From IMG/VR virus record IMGVR_UViG_3300037067_013742, positions 128,001 through 192,000 of that record: DNA of 64,000 nucleotides. One strand, 5' to 3'. Positions 29,992 to 39,706 of the stretch are shown in pieces. Position numbers and translations under genes: made by a program. Numbering within the stretch: the first letter of the stretch is position 1; every line of letters starts with the position of its first letter. The DNA is from a virus. Taxonomy: Duplodnaviria; Caudoviricetes. The notes under the pieces are model-generated. The model made no database searches, had not been told where the DNA came from, and saw only the letters and a program-made list of their open reading frames with translations.

Positions 29992-30079
29992 AGTAGGAAT
30001 GTAGTAGTCATAAGCACTAGCATCCAGGTTAGGGCGTCTATAAATCCCGACCAGAATAAGTAAACATTAAAGAGAATGT

Positions 30080-30664
30080 CTACTCCCAAGCCGTAATCTT
30101 TTGCTTCCATTTATCCTTTATCTCCTCAAGGAGGGTAATCGGAATTCCCATTGATTCATAAAAGGCCTTAGCCTTCTTATTACTTTTAGATATTACGGCT
30201 CTAAGTCTTTTGAACTCCTCAGGATAATGAAACTTGAACCTTTTCATCTTTGATCTATCTTCTGATCTTAGATATCCTTTTATCTCCCAGAAGATATCGG
30301 TTCCAACCTCTTGGAAGTCTGGAATATACAGAAAGGGTTTCTTCCTGTAAGGCTCACCGTTCTTTGCAACTTTGAAAGTAAAGACTCGTTCTTCGTACTT
30401 CCACTCTTTGCCTATTGCACATAGGTATCGAGCAAAGTTTCTCTCCCATCCAGACCTAAAAGTAATTGTGTTATAGGGGGATGGGAGGTCAGGAGCATTA
30501 CCCTTTTTGGTACGGGCAAACGCCTCTGCAGCTGTCTTTATTGGCTTTGCCTTGGGTTTACCCGAACAAGTAGAGCATGCTTCTATGACTGATATAGCCG
30601 GGTCTAAACCTACATCTTTTCCGCATTTAGAACATTTGACGTGGAGTAGTTTCTTCTTAGCCAT
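30080..30664 (-). CDS. PD-(D/E)xK endonuclease (resolvase-like) with N-terminal Zn ribbon
   Basis: FRSGWE, YE, YIPDF, EIKG; two CxxC. Confidence 0.7.
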   Translation of the reverse strand: MAKKKLLHVKCSKCGKDVGLDPAISVIEACSTCSGKPKAKPIKTAAEAFARTKKGNAPDLPSPYNTITFRSGWERNFARYLCAIGKEWKYEERVFTFKVAKNGEPYRKKPFLYIPDFQEVGTDIFWEIKGYLRSEDRSKMKRFKFHYPEEFKRLRAVISKSNKKAKAFYESMGIPITLLEEIKDKWKQKITAWE

Positions 30665-30678
30665 GTAAGGCTAATCTA

Positions 30679-31065
30679 TCATATTTGTTTACTTGCTCTG
30701 CGAGGGGTAATTACTTTGATAGCTCTGATGGAGTTGTCTATTCTGATACAGCCCTTTAGCTCATCTAAGAACTCAGATGGCTCACAGTTGCTAATGCTTT
30801 TGTCTGATAGAACAAGAAAGGTTGGATTTTCTACCTTACGTAGAAAGTGTGATTGAATCTTTTTTATTACTTGAATCGCCATCTCTTCTGTTACTACATA
30901 AAGATCTGGGGTAGGCGATCCATCATACTGAATGGAAAGGAATGCTTTTCCATTTAGGGTGTCTATATAACTCTCTTCCTCTGACTCATCCTGTTCTTGC
31001 TCCTCTACGTCTTTTGGTTCCAGCTGGAGCTTTAACTGTCTTAGGATTTCTCGTCGGCCCATCAA
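30679..31065 (-). CDS. Hypothetical protein
   Basis: ORF in array. Confidence 0.5.
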   Translation of the reverse strand: MMGRREILRQLKLQLEPKDVEEQEQDESEEESYIDTLNGKAFLSIQYDGSPTPDLYVVTEEMAIQVIKKIQSHFLRKVENPTFLVLSDKSISNCEPSEFLDELKGCIRIDNSIRAIKVITPRRASKQI

Positions 31066-31066
31066 A

Positions 31067-31465
31067 CTACCTGTCCTTCATTTCTGAAATAGATTTTAAG
31101 ACTTTTGATTTTAGTAAGATGATAGCTTCCTCGTCCGACCTAGGAAGCTCATTATGCCACACAATTAGGTAGCCCCATCCGTTTTCTCTCGCTACCTCTT
31201 CTTTCAATCGGTCCCTTCTCTTTTGATTAGCAAATCTAGAGGAGGCGTCTAGAATACTTCCTCCAAAAGTAACCGGCTTACCGTGTTGTTGGCCGTGACA
31301 CTCTACGATTAGTTTAAACATAGGAACTACAAAGTCGTAGTGATGGTCGTGTGGCCCATAGCTTGGGAATAGTTTTCTTACGTTTACTTCTTCTTTTATT
31401 GGGGTGAGAGAAAGGATTTCTTTTAGAAGGTTCTTTATACGATCTGAAAAGTCTGACATTAGCAA
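31067..31465 (-). CDS. Vsr/DUF559-like endonuclease
   Basis: YDF...LIVECHGQQH, RDRLK. Confidence 0.7.
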   Translation of the reverse strand: MLMSDFSDRIKNLLKEILSLTPIKEEVNVRKLFPSYGPHDHHYDFVVPMFKLIVECHGQQHGKPVTFGGSILDASSRFANQKRRDRLKEEVARENGWGYLIVWHNELPRSDEEAIILLKSKVLKSISEMKDR

Positions 31466-32139
31466 TCTACTTTACAGTTATTACAGTGTTCGCAAATTGT
31501 TGGAATTGATATCTTTCTTCTGGCTATATTACATAACTGCATTATAGCCATTTCGTTTCCAGCTTCTGCTCCAGTACTGGCGATCATTGCGTAGCCTGGA
31601 GATAGTCCCCTCATTGTTGCTTTATAGACTACTAGGAAGAATGGGCGGTTCTGTGCGGCTCGTACTTTCTTCTGGATGAGTAAATGTTCTGCGGCGGGGA
31701 GGATACTACGTCTAATATCCTTCGGCTGTATGGATGTATATATCCAAGTTTCTATTCTATCTGGATGAACTATCACAAAGTCTCCAGAAGAGAATATTTC
31801 TATGGATGAATCTATTGAGGAGGTAAGCTCTGCTGTAGAGAAGATTTCTACATTTTCCTTTGGTAGGTGTCGGTAGAGTTTTCTCGCGGCAAGAATCCCC
31901 TTGATCGAGAGATCCATGTTCTCTCTATTAACTTCTCTTCCGGCCCAAAAGATACTATCCCAGTAGTTAGCTATACTAGAAAAGTCCCACCCCTCTTGTT
32001 TACCAGCTCCCTTAAGTAGGATCATTTGTTTAATTAATTCTCTTACGGGAGAGGTCTGATCTTTTTGTAAGGGTGGGTCTTCTAGCCAACGCTTAGAACA
32101 TTTTGCTATTTCGTAGAGGTCTATAGTAGTTAGTCTCAT
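31459..32139 (-). CDS. Degenerate Cas4/PD-(D/E)xK-like protein
   Basis: N-terminal CSKR and C-terminal CEHCNNC; no clear ExK. Confidence 0.35.
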   Translation of the reverse strand: MRLTTIDLYEIAKCSKRWLEDPPLQKDQTSPVRELIKQMILLKGAGKQEGWDFSSIANYWDSIFWAGREVNRENMDLSIKGILAARKLYRHLPKENVEIFSTAELTSSIDSSIEIFSSGDFVIVHPDRIETWIYTSIQPKDIRRSILPAAEHLLIQKKVRAAQNRPFFLVVYKATMRGLSPGYAMIASTGAEAGNEMAIMQLCNIARRKISIPTICEHCNNCKVDC

Positions 32140-32306
32140 GAGTCATCGGGGTTTACGATAAAGAGAGTCTTTGACTCTTCATAGGTTCTTGACTTTCCAT
32201 CTAGTAGATTAGCCGATAGCGAATCTATTTGTCTCGCCGACCGTAAAAGGTCCGCAACCATTTCTGGAATCCCTTTAAGCCAAGTCTCAAACTCTACATT
32301 GATCAT
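32136..32306 (-). CDS. Small hypothetical protein (56 aa, not in ORF track)
   Basis: GGAG upstream, ATGA overlap with downstream gene; MINVEFETWLKGIPE... Confidence 0.5.
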   Translation of the reverse strand: MINVEFETWLKGIPEMVADLLRSARQIDSLSANLLDGKSRTYEESKTLFIVNPDDS

Positions 32307-32316
32307 AGTAAATCTC

Positions 32317-32583
32317 CTACGCTAGTTCGTTCTCTTCTTCTAAGTTAAGAGCAATATAGGTCTCTCTTCTTACGGCAGAAGAGTAGTGGTGCAGTAAATC
32401 TCTAAGCCAGAATTCCAGTTTTTCTTTCTCTAGGACACCCCTCTCTAAAGCTTGTATCGCACATACAAGTTGTGGCGGCGGAAGAAAATTCTCGTTGATT
32501 ATTACAGCGAGAATATCTGGCCGCTCTTTAGCTAGGGTGTCTATGCCTACAGTCTCCAGAAGAAGTGATGTTTCTAGAGCCAT
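32317..32583 (-). CDS. Hypothetical protein
   Basis: ORF in array. Confidence 0.5.
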   Translation of the reverse strand: MALETSLLLETVGIDTLAKERPDILAVIINENFLPPPQLVCAIQALERGVLEKEKLEFWLRDLLHHYSSAVRRETYIALNLEEENELA

Positions 32584-32587
32584 CTTC

Positions 32588-32953
32588 TTACTCGGCTGAT
32601 GGTCCTAGGTCTTCTTTTCCATCGGTTCCAATGACCTGGATGGTGCTGCCCTTATCAAAGACTGCTGACATCTCGGTCGTTTCTACGACCGTTGTCTTTT
32701 GTGTAGTCTTTAGCCGTTCTTCTGCCTCTTTAGTCCTCTCTTGAATTTCTTTATCTGCTGTGATCAAGAGCATTTCAAGAAAATATCCAAGCCTCTTAGC
32801 TTCGGATAAAGTGAAAAGGATTGTAGTTCTCTCACCTCCTAGAGTGATCTTGAATCCATTACGAGGGTCTTCTTCGCGTTCGGCGACAATAGAACCCTTG
32901 TCAGCTGGGTCTAGCTCTAGCTTTTTAACGTCCTGATAAGCTCTGTCCTTCAT
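32588..32953 (-). CDS. Hypothetical protein
   Basis: ORF in array. Confidence 0.5.
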   Translation of the reverse strand: MKDRAYQDVKKLELDPADKGSIVAEREEDPRNGFKITLGGERTTILFTLSEAKRLGYFLEMLLITADKEIQERTKEAEERLKTTQKTTVVETTEMSAVFDKGSTIQVIGTDGKEDLGPSAE

Positions 32954-32954
32954 C

Positions 32955-33152
32955 CTAATCTCCTGCGTTGTGTACTGACCAAGAAACGTTGCTATACTTC
33001 CAGCCCTGGTTATGGAGCTGCTTTACGAAATCGTCAAGTAGAGCTGCTTCTGCTCCACACTCACAAGTGGTTACGATCTCTTCCTTAGCAACAAGGTCTT
33101 CGAATTCCTTGTCGCACTTCGGACACTTGAACCACTTCATCCTTCGAATCAT
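32955..33152 (-). CDS. Zinc-ribbon (FmdB-like) small protein
   Basis: FKCPKCDKEFE...CECG; GGAGG upstream. Confidence 0.6.
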   Translation of the reverse strand: MIRRMKWFKCPKCDKEFEDLVAKEEIVTTCECGAEAALLDDFVKQLHNQGWKYSNVSWSVHNAGD

Positions 33153-33230
33153 TCTCTCCTCCGTAGGTAATTATACTATTAGTACTCTGTGTCTACTTCG
33201 CCGCCAAACTCGCAGGACTGGCAAATGAAG

Positions 33231-33425
33231 TTAGAAGACGCCCTCCCCGTCTACTTCTCGGAGCTCTATCTCTCCCTCGTCATTGTCTTCTACTTCGTCC
33301 TAATCATCAGCCGAGTCGTTATCTAAGAACTTCTCGAAGATCGAGTCCGCCTCCTTTTCTGATTCGGCTTCGATTGTTTTCCAGCGGCGGATTTCTCTAC
33401 AATGGCAGTAGGTATAGGTATGCAT
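33231..33425 (-). pseudogene. Small acidic protein gene with in-frame TAG at 33300-33302
   Basis: GAGGAG SD, MHTYTYC...IEAESEKEA...DSADD*DEVEDNDEGEIELREVDGEGVF-TAA. Confidence 0.45.
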
Positions 33426-33507
33426 TCTTTACTCCTCATTATTACAATAAGCGGAAGTAGAACTAGTAAGGCTGTTATTAGAAAGAAGGTTGCCCCATTT
33501 TAATCTC

Positions 33508-34503
33508 CTATATGGTTGTAGCTATTCCAAAGCCTACTGATACTTGTTCCACAGGAGACCAGCCCAGGTCAAGAAAAACCCACAAATCAGATAGGAAGGG
33601 AATTGGAGAGCCAAGGTTATAAAGTACTGGAATTAAACTAGCTCTAAGGTTATTTTGATAGGCGTCATATCCAGCTGTAATTCCTACAAACCGCCAGTCT
33701 CCATAAGACATAATAGAAAATCCTAATGCAAATGAGGCTGTTAGATCTACTTCGGGCCGCACCTCAACTCCGATATTGGCTATGAGATATAGGAAGGGAT
33801 CCCACCAGTCAAACGCTGTTCTTGGAGCTGGTAGCTCTAGCATTTCTGATGAGATACCCTTGATCCTAAATGTCTCGCCAGGCTGGGCTTCAGGATTCTC
33901 GGCGGTCAATTCTGTGTGGAGGATAAGTCGCCCATTGCGTTGCCTCCCGACAGAGTTAAGAACCTTGTACCTGATTCCATATACCTTGGATGACCATGGA
34001 GTTTCTTTTGCGGCCTCGAAGGATGTCTTCGCAATCTTCATCCCATTAGAATCTTCTAGATCTATACTCTGAACCTTCTGAGTATGGCCCCAGACATCTA
34101 TTGGACGACCATCTTCTTTACACTTTGGGACTTCGGTATCTGATGGAGTACTATCTGTAGATTTGTAATAATTTTTAACTATAGTAGTAGTACCACCCTC
34201 AGTAACAGCTACAGCTGCTAATGTTGCATCTAGGGTATGAAGGTCGGCTCTGATAGCTTCAATATCCAGCTCATTTTTTTCGGCGAAGAGAGAGAGATCT
34301 TCCTGAGTTGTAACTATCTTTGACTCTGCTCTCTGTAGTGAATCTGTTAAAGATTTTTGTCCGATGATTAAATCATCTACAAGGTGAGAATTCTGGTCTT
34401 TGAGCTGGCAGTTTTGGATAGAGAGGAGGGCTATTGGGATTCCGCATCCTATTAAACACGCCGCTCCAACTATAAGAATGTTTCTAAGGTTTTTGCTGAT
34501 CAT
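33508..34503 (-). CDS. Envelope protein: N-terminal TM/lipobox-like, coiled coil, amphipathic beta C-terminus
   Basis: ILIVGAACLIGCGIPIALL; alternating hydrophobic strands at the C-terminus. Confidence 0.5.
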   Translation of the reverse strand: MISKNLRNILIVGAACLIGCGIPIALLSIQNCQLKDQNSHLVDDLIIGQKSLTDSLQRAESKIVTTQEDLSLFAEKNELDIEAIRADLHTLDATLAAVAVTEGGTTTIVKNYYKSTDSTPSDTEVPKCKEDGRPIDVWGHTQKVQSIDLEDSNGMKIAKTSFEAAKETPWSSKVYGIRYKVLNSVGRQRNGRLILHTELTAENPEAQPGETFRIKGISSEMLELPAPRTAFDWWDPFLYLIANIGVEVRPEVDLTASFALGFSIMSYGDWRFVGITAGYDAYQNNLRASLIPVLYNLGSPIPFLSDLWVFLDLGWSPVEQVSVGFGIATTI

Positions 34504-34825
34504 CGTTAATAGTCTCTAAGGGTTTTGCCCCCGCTAGTAGATATGTCATTGTATGAGTTATATCGTCTGGTATGGCTTTTAGCTTTGCTCTTAGTAGCTC
34601 GGCAGAATCAGAAGACAAGGCAAGCGCTAACGTTTGGATGGCAAGTCCTCGATGCAACTCAGCCTGTGTCTTCTGGAAGAGAAAGACCTCTTCGTCAACC
34701 TGAATCTTAGTGAGTTTGGAGAAGGCTAATGCTAGAAGCTTTAGGCACTCTTCATGAAGCATTGCCGCTTCTTCGACTTGAGTTCGGATTGTTTTGAGGT
34801 CAATAAGCGCTTGATCTATTTCCAA
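34484..34825 (-). CDS. Hypothetical helical protein
   Basis: ORF in array with AGGAG upstream. Confidence 0.5.
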   Translation of the reverse strand: MEIDQALIDLKTIRTQVEEAAMLHEECLKLLALAFSKLTKIQVDEEVFLFQKTQAELHRGLAIQTLALALSSDSAELLRAKLKAIPDDITHTMTYLLAGAKPLETINDDQQKP

Positions 34826-34840
34826 CTTGGTAGACTCTCC

Positions 34841-35047
34841 TTAATTGGATTGTACCCCTCGTTGGTCAAGAGCCTCAAGCGCAACTCTCTTTATTTCTTC
34901 GAGGCCAATAATCTCTTCTAGTTCTAAGAGTTCTGGTAGGTCAAATCTCTCGGCTAGAAGGGAGAGGAGCTTCTTTCCTCCGGCCTTTACTAACGCGGCG
35001 CCAAGTCGTAATGCTAGTTCTGCGGCTAAAGCCGTTCCGTCTTTCAA
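34841..35047 (-). CDS. Hypothetical protein
   Basis: GGAGG upstream of TTG. Confidence 0.5.
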   Translation of the reverse strand: MKDGTALAAELALRLGAALVKAGGKKLLSLLAERFDLPELLELEEIIGLEEIKRVALEALDQRGVQSN

Positions 35048-35062
35048 TCAACCTCCGTTAAT

Positions 35063-37516
35063 CTATTCCTCTTCGTCAGACTCTTCTTGTGCTGCGTTGT
35101 CGTGCTTCTTATTTGCCACTTCCTCCTTTCTCTGCTTCAATTCTTTAATGGCCTGCTCCTTTGGTACCCCAAAGAATAAAGACGAGGCGGGGAAGAAGTT
35201 AAACGCTAGTTGGTTCTCTCTTCCCTTTACCTCGGTAATCTTATTCTTTCCTATAGTAGCTATTACTCGGGGGAGTACCTTGCCGTTATGACGATGGATT
35301 AGCAGAGCTTTCTCGTCGCCCTTAACGTCCTTATCTGAAAATAGGTGGACTGTTAGGTGAGGCGCATACATTAGTTTTCTTGATTCAGCTAAGTCCGAAT
35401 CGGTTCCAGGGATAGACTGGTCACCCTTCTTATACTCAGCGGTAGCTATGATCGTACATCTTTGAAGTCGGGCAATTCTCTTTACGTAGAGAATGATACG
35501 AGTCATTCGCTCTCTCATATCCATTCCCTCGAAGTCACCACAATCGTAGATATTATCTAACCCTACGATGATATTCTTCTCTGGGTTGTCTCGCCTAAGC
35601 TGGGAGACCCTCCGCTCTAGGTGTGCTACCGTCCGACCATCTCGCTCATCTTCCATCAAGAGCTGGTTAGAGGCTACTAGCTCCGTTATCTTTGCGTATA
35701 CGGTTTCTCTCTTTTCGTAGACGTCCTTCTTTCCAAGCGTCTCAACGAAGTATCTTGGGTCGGCGATCATGTTCTGGGTAAAGTCTACATCTCCGATGAT
35801 GTTGCATCCTATACGTCGGATTCTGGCTTCAAGTGGGTCGTCTATAGTTAGGATATATCCAATGGCGTTGTTCTGTTGGACAGAGATAATTTCCCATATC
35901 ATAGAATCTAGGAATGAGCTCTTGCCCATGTTTTGAACTGCACCAATAAGGATTACTCTTCCACTCATCCATTCGCCGCCAGTAAGGATGTCTCCAAATT
36001 GTCCTAATCGTTCTGGCAATAACTGAAAGGATCCTGCACGGCTAATCTCTTCTGTGCTCTTTGCACTTTGAATGCGAGCCATACAAGAGCCTCTGGCGCT
36101 TTGGCCAAGAAGACTCTTCTTATCTATCTCGTCCAACTTCTCTACGGCATCTCTTAGAATCTCTTTAGACTCAAGGGGGTTCTCTCCAGCTTGTCTAGTC
36201 GCGGCCTTTACAATGGCCTTTTGCTGCTCCATGACAGCAGAGACAACTAGAGAGTCGGCTCTCCTCACGTCTGTCATAATGGCGCCTAGAGAGATCCTTC
36301 CGCTAAAGAAGTCGACTAGTTCTCTGGCCATCCTCTCTCTACTTACTTCGTTCTTAGAACTGGCGATATAGGGGATTAGGTCACTACATATCTGTTCGAT
36401 ATCTCCATTGGGATCTTGCTTTCCTAAGAGATATTCAAAAGCAGTTATTCTTTGAGAGAGTAGGTAGCTGAGTCGATCTACTCCTTTTTCGCGGAGGAAT
36501 TGATCTGGGTCAGCTGTTCCTGGAAGCTGGGTCACGAAGTACTGGAGGCTACCACCCTTTACGAAATCTTTAGATTGAAGGAGTCCGTCTAGTGATTTCT
36601 TCCCGGCCTCATCAGGATCAAAGAGGAGAGTTACCTTGCTTATTCCGAGAAGAGAGAGCCCATCTGCATGAGCCTCTGAGAGCATTCCTACTCCGCAGAG
36701 AGCTACGACATTCTTTATTCCGGCCTGCCATAAAGTAACAGCATCAGCCTGACCTTCTACTACTATGACTTCAGTAGAGCTTCTATCAATTAGATGTCCC
36801 AGATAGAGACGTCCTCTATCTCTCCAGAGATCAACTAGAAGGTTGGTCGTACTAGTTGACTTATATTTCGGTTTTTCGCCGAGGGGGACTCTTGCATAAA
36901 ATCTGATGGGCCTATTAAACTGGTCTTTTACCAGGAAGATTAAATTCTCTTTAGAGAATAAGTCTTCTCTATCAAGCCCAAATTTTCCTAGTTCTTCGTC
37001 TGACAGGATATTAGATAGAGAGCTATAGTTTAGAGTACCTATATCTAGCGCGGTTAGTGTTTCTTCGGTCCACTGCCTGGACTCTACATAGCTCCTTGGG
37101 GAGTCTCCCATCTTGGTAACATCATGATTAAGCAGGGATGCTACTTTAGCGTAGGCGTTATAGAGGTCATGGCAGAACTGTTCTTCCGGAGAAATTTCTG
37201 TCATCGGGACGGGAATGTTAAACATTGCGGCTAGTGGTAGAACTACTTCTGGCAGCCAGCTTGGGCCCCTATCTGGCTTATTTTCCAGGATGGAGTACAG
37301 GTTAAAAATGTCGGCGTTGAAGCCACAGGCGAGACAATGGACAGTATGTCCAAATTCTCCAGCAGAAGAACAGAGCATTGATGGGTGAGTATCTTTGTGT
37401 GCGGGATTTAAACACTTCATTGGCTTAGAAGTGTCATGTCCCTTCATGGATAGATAATCTAAGATGTGCGGGCGAATCTTATCTAGGAAAAGATCAAATT
37501 GAGTTTTTACTTGCAT
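35063..37516 (-). CDS. DnaG-type primase fused to a DnaB/SF4 helicase
   Basis: Zn finger CLNPAH...CLAC; TOPRIM VVEGQAD, DPDEAG, DPD; Walker A GAVQNMGKSS; KNK. Confidence 0.85.
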   Translation of the reverse strand: MQVKTQFDLFLDKIRPHILDYLSMKGHDTSKPMKCLNPAHKDTHPSMLCSSAGEFGHTVHCLACGFNADIFNLYSILENKPDRGPSWLPEVVLPLAAMFNIPVPMTEISPEEQFCHDLYNAYAKVASLLNHDVTKMGDSPRSYVESRQWTEETLTALDIGTLNYSSLSNILSDEELGKFGLDREDLFSKENLIFLVKDQFNRPIRFYARVPLGEKPKYKSTSTTNLLVDLWRDRGRLYLGHLIDRSSTEVIVVEGQADAVTLWQAGIKNVVALCGVGMLSEAHADGLSLLGISKVTLLFDPDEAGKKSLDGLLQSKDFVKGGSLQYFVTQLPGTADPDQFLREKGVDRLSYLLSQRITAFEYLLGKQDPNGDIEQICSDLIPYIASSKNEVSRERMARELVDFFSGRISLGAIMTDVRRADSLVVSAVMEQQKAIVKAATRQAGENPLESKEILRDAVEKLDEIDKKSLLGQSARGSCMARIQSAKSTEEISRAGSFQLLPERLGQFGDILTGGEWMSGRVILIGAVQNMGKSSFLDSMIWEIISVQQNNAIGYILTIDDPLEARIRRIGCNIIGDVDFTQNMIADPRYFVETLGKKDVYEKRETVYAKITELVASNQLLMEDERDGRTVAHLERRVSQLRRDNPEKNIIVGLDNIYDCGDFEGMDMRERMTRIILYVKRIARLQRCTIIATAEYKKGDQSIPGTDSDLAESRKLMYAPHLTVHLFSDKDVKGDEKALLIHRHNGKVLPRVIATIGKNKITEVKGRENQLAFNFFPASSLFFGVPKEQAIKELKQRKEEVANKKHDNAAQEESDEEE

Positions 37517-37692
37517 ATTTTATCCTCTGGGAAAAGGTCCCAGCAGACAATAGTTGTAGAGTCTGAATAATCTTCGGCCGTCCAAATGTCATCCCAGTAA
37601 TAATCCAATTTACAAGTTGGACAGACTCCGTCGTCCCATTCGTCCGCCTCAAACTCCTTGAGGCAGCGAGGACATATTATTTCTCTTCTCAT
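37507..37692 (-). CDS. Small Zn-ribbon protein
   Basis: Start moved to MRREIICPRC; CPTC. Confidence 0.5.
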   Translation of the reverse strand: MRREIICPRCLKEFEADEWDDGVCPTCKLDYYWDDIWTAEDYSDSTTIVCWDLFPEDKICK

Positions 37693-37694
37693 TA

Positions 37695-38276
37695 CTATCT
37701 CCTGAGATCTAGAACCTTTGAACAAAGGTCTGGAAGCTCTTCCCAGTTTTCGGCGCGGGGACGTCCGAAGAGATGTCTGTTCCATGGAGCGCTAAAGATA
37801 ATAGCTTTTCCAGGATAGACAGCAACGTTATGTGGCGCGTCGTCGATTAAAACATCTCCAGTAACGAGTTCCTTTCGTTTCGTAAAGATTATATCTTTCT
37901 CGGTGAACCTGCTCGGGAAGTTTGCTTCTAGCCACAGGAACTTATCGGTGAAGGCGTTCGCGCCAGTTAGAGCTATAGGGGTTGAGGTAACAATTACAAC
38001 CTCTCCCAACTTAGAGAGTTGTTCTACTCCTTCTTGCGCCCCGTCCATAATATCTAGATTCCTAAAGAAGTCCGGCTCTCTTAGTGGTGCACATATTTCT
38101 TGCCAAGTAAGCTCTGGACGAATACGTTGTACTTCTTTCTCTAGATAGAAATCTCTAACTTCTTCTTTCTTAATGGATAGAGAGAATCTCTTGTTTACGA
38201 GCTCAATCAGTCTTTGCATGCACTGAGCTAATACATCATCCATATCTAGTAGGATGATGGGCTTCGAACCCTTCAT
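37695..38276 (-). CDS. 5'(3')-deoxyribonucleotidase (NT5C-like HAD)
   Basis: LLDMDDVL, LIDDAPHN, APWN. Confidence 0.85.
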   Translation of the reverse strand: MKGSKPIILLDMDDVLAQCMQRLIELVNKRFSLSIKKEEVRDFYLEKEVQRIRPELTWQEICAPLREPDFFRNLDIMDGAQEGVEQLSKLGEVVIVTSTPIALTGANAFTDKFLWLEANFPSRFTEKDIIFTKRKELVTGDVLIDDAPHNVAVYPGKAIIFSAPWNRHLFGRPRAENWEELPDLCSKVLDLRR

Positions 38277-38285
38277 ATATGTCTC

Positions 38286-39257
38286 CTAGAATTTCTTAGG
38301 CATTATCGCATTTGGCCCGGTAAAGAATTCTGGTGGCCAAATCTCTTGGGCGGTTGATCTAGTTCTCTGGTACCGCCCGCCAGGAATTTCTGCATTCCAG
38401 CGAGCAAACTGAGCAGTACCTAAGACCCTTATCAAACGTGCTGCGAAGCGTAATCTTTCTACTGGCTTGGTTAGGTCTAGTGGATGACCAAGAGAGATCC
38501 TGTGCGCGTCTAAGGCCTGTGTAAAGCGTCTGTATGCAGCAGCTGGTGCATTGACTGAATTAGAGAAGAAGACTGCCATTGCTAGGTCTAGGGGCGTACC
38601 AATTATAAAGTCATCTACCTGATCGGGGTTGTCTTTATAAATTGTCTCGCTGATAGGAACTCCATGTAGGAGTGGAGTCTTTCTCCTTGCCGTCTCTTTT
38701 GCATGCTCAATAGAGAAGGAAACTTGTGTCTCAAAAGTATTCGGGTTAGAGAACAGGTTGTGAAAAACCATTCCCCAACATTTTGCTTGTTCCCAGTCTG
38801 GTCCTTTACGTGGAACTCTACCCTGGTTTGGAGTTAGTTCTTCTCTAAGAACTCTTCCATTTAAAGTCTTCCCGTCCTGGCCAACAACCTTTCCATTAAC
38901 TAGATCCCAGCCCTTCCCATTTTTTAGTGAGGTGAGAAGTTCTGTGACAGTGGATGGGTCGGCTTTTCTTATTCTTTCTATCTGACGCCAGAGAGATCCC
39001 TGATCATTCTCTGGGTTACCATCTTCATCAGCAAGCTCTTTTGGATACACGGCTATCATCTGGCATAAACCAGCCGTCGCGCCAGTGCCATCATAAGAGA
39101 TTACAGTTCCAAACTTACCACCACTTTCGACTATAGAGGTTAGCCAGACGACACGATCCCAGTGGTTAGCGTAGGCTGGGAGGTTAAAGGGCGTAGTCCC
39201 TTTTATGGAAACCCCAGAGTAGTTCTTAAATTGAACCCACTTTACTTTGTCGAACAT
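38286..39257 (-). CDS. Putative lysozyme-fold protein (possible endolysin)
   Basis: IVESGG...GATAGLCQ resembles the ES...G..Q muramidase pattern; start moved to ATG 39257 (TAATG overlap). Confidence 0.4.
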   Translation of the reverse strand: MFDKVKWVQFKNYSGVSIKGTTPFNLPAYANHWDRVVWLTSIVESGGKFGTVISYDGTGATAGLCQMIAVYPKELADEDGNPENDQGSLWRQIERIRKADPSTVTELLTSLKNGKGWDLVNGKVVGQDGKTLNGRVLREELTPNQGRVPRKGPDWEQAKCWGMVFHNLFSNPNTFETQVSFSIEHAKETARRKTPLLHGVPISETIYKDNPDQVDDFIIGTPLDLAMAVFFSNSVNAPAAAYRRFTQALDAHRISLGHPLDLTKPVERLRFAARLIRVLGTAQFARWNAEIPGGRYQRTRSTAQEIWPPEFFTGPNAIMPKKF

Positions 39258-39658
39258 TACTCCTCCAACTCTATATCTTCCCCAACCTGCCGAAGTACCC
39301 AAGAGAGGGTTCGTACAACTACTTTTTCAAGTAAGGCGTAGTTCTTCTCATCATCTATCTCTTCTATAAGGTCTCCGATAATTGGGGCAAGCATTGGAGC
39401 TGGATATTCTCTAAGCCCACTAATCCACTCTAAGATTATGGTCTTAAGGTTCTGCAGCTCTTCTATGCTTCGTCTGCTAGGTACCGCAGTTATGCCAGAC
39501 GTTGTTGTGGTTAATGTAACATAGGGCTGTGGGATAGATGGATATAAAGGTTCGGTCCAAACTCCGTATGTGGCAACGGTATACAGACTGTCTGAGATAT
39601 CGGCTGTAGAACTGTTGGCTGCTAACTGGCAAGCCTTGAGTGCTTCTTCTCCGGTCAT
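39257..39658 (-). CDS. Hypothetical protein
   Basis: GAGGT upstream. Confidence 0.5.
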   Translation of the reverse strand: MTGEEALKACQLAANSSTADISDSLYTVATYGVWTEPLYPSIPQPYVTLTTTTSGITAVPSRRSIEELQNLKTIILEWISGLREYPAPMLAPIIGDLIEEIDDEKNYALLEKVVVRTLSWVLRQVGEDIELEE

Positions 39659-39706
39659 GATTCAAATACCTCGTGGCAAAGTTTACTAAATGGGCAATAG
39701 TATATC

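Noticed and set aside
33426-33507. Frameshifted small membrane-peptide gene (ATG followed by a G-run, hydrophobic +2 frame)
   Set aside because: As sequenced it encodes only MGQPSF; the repaired frame would run deep into the next gene, so support is too weak.
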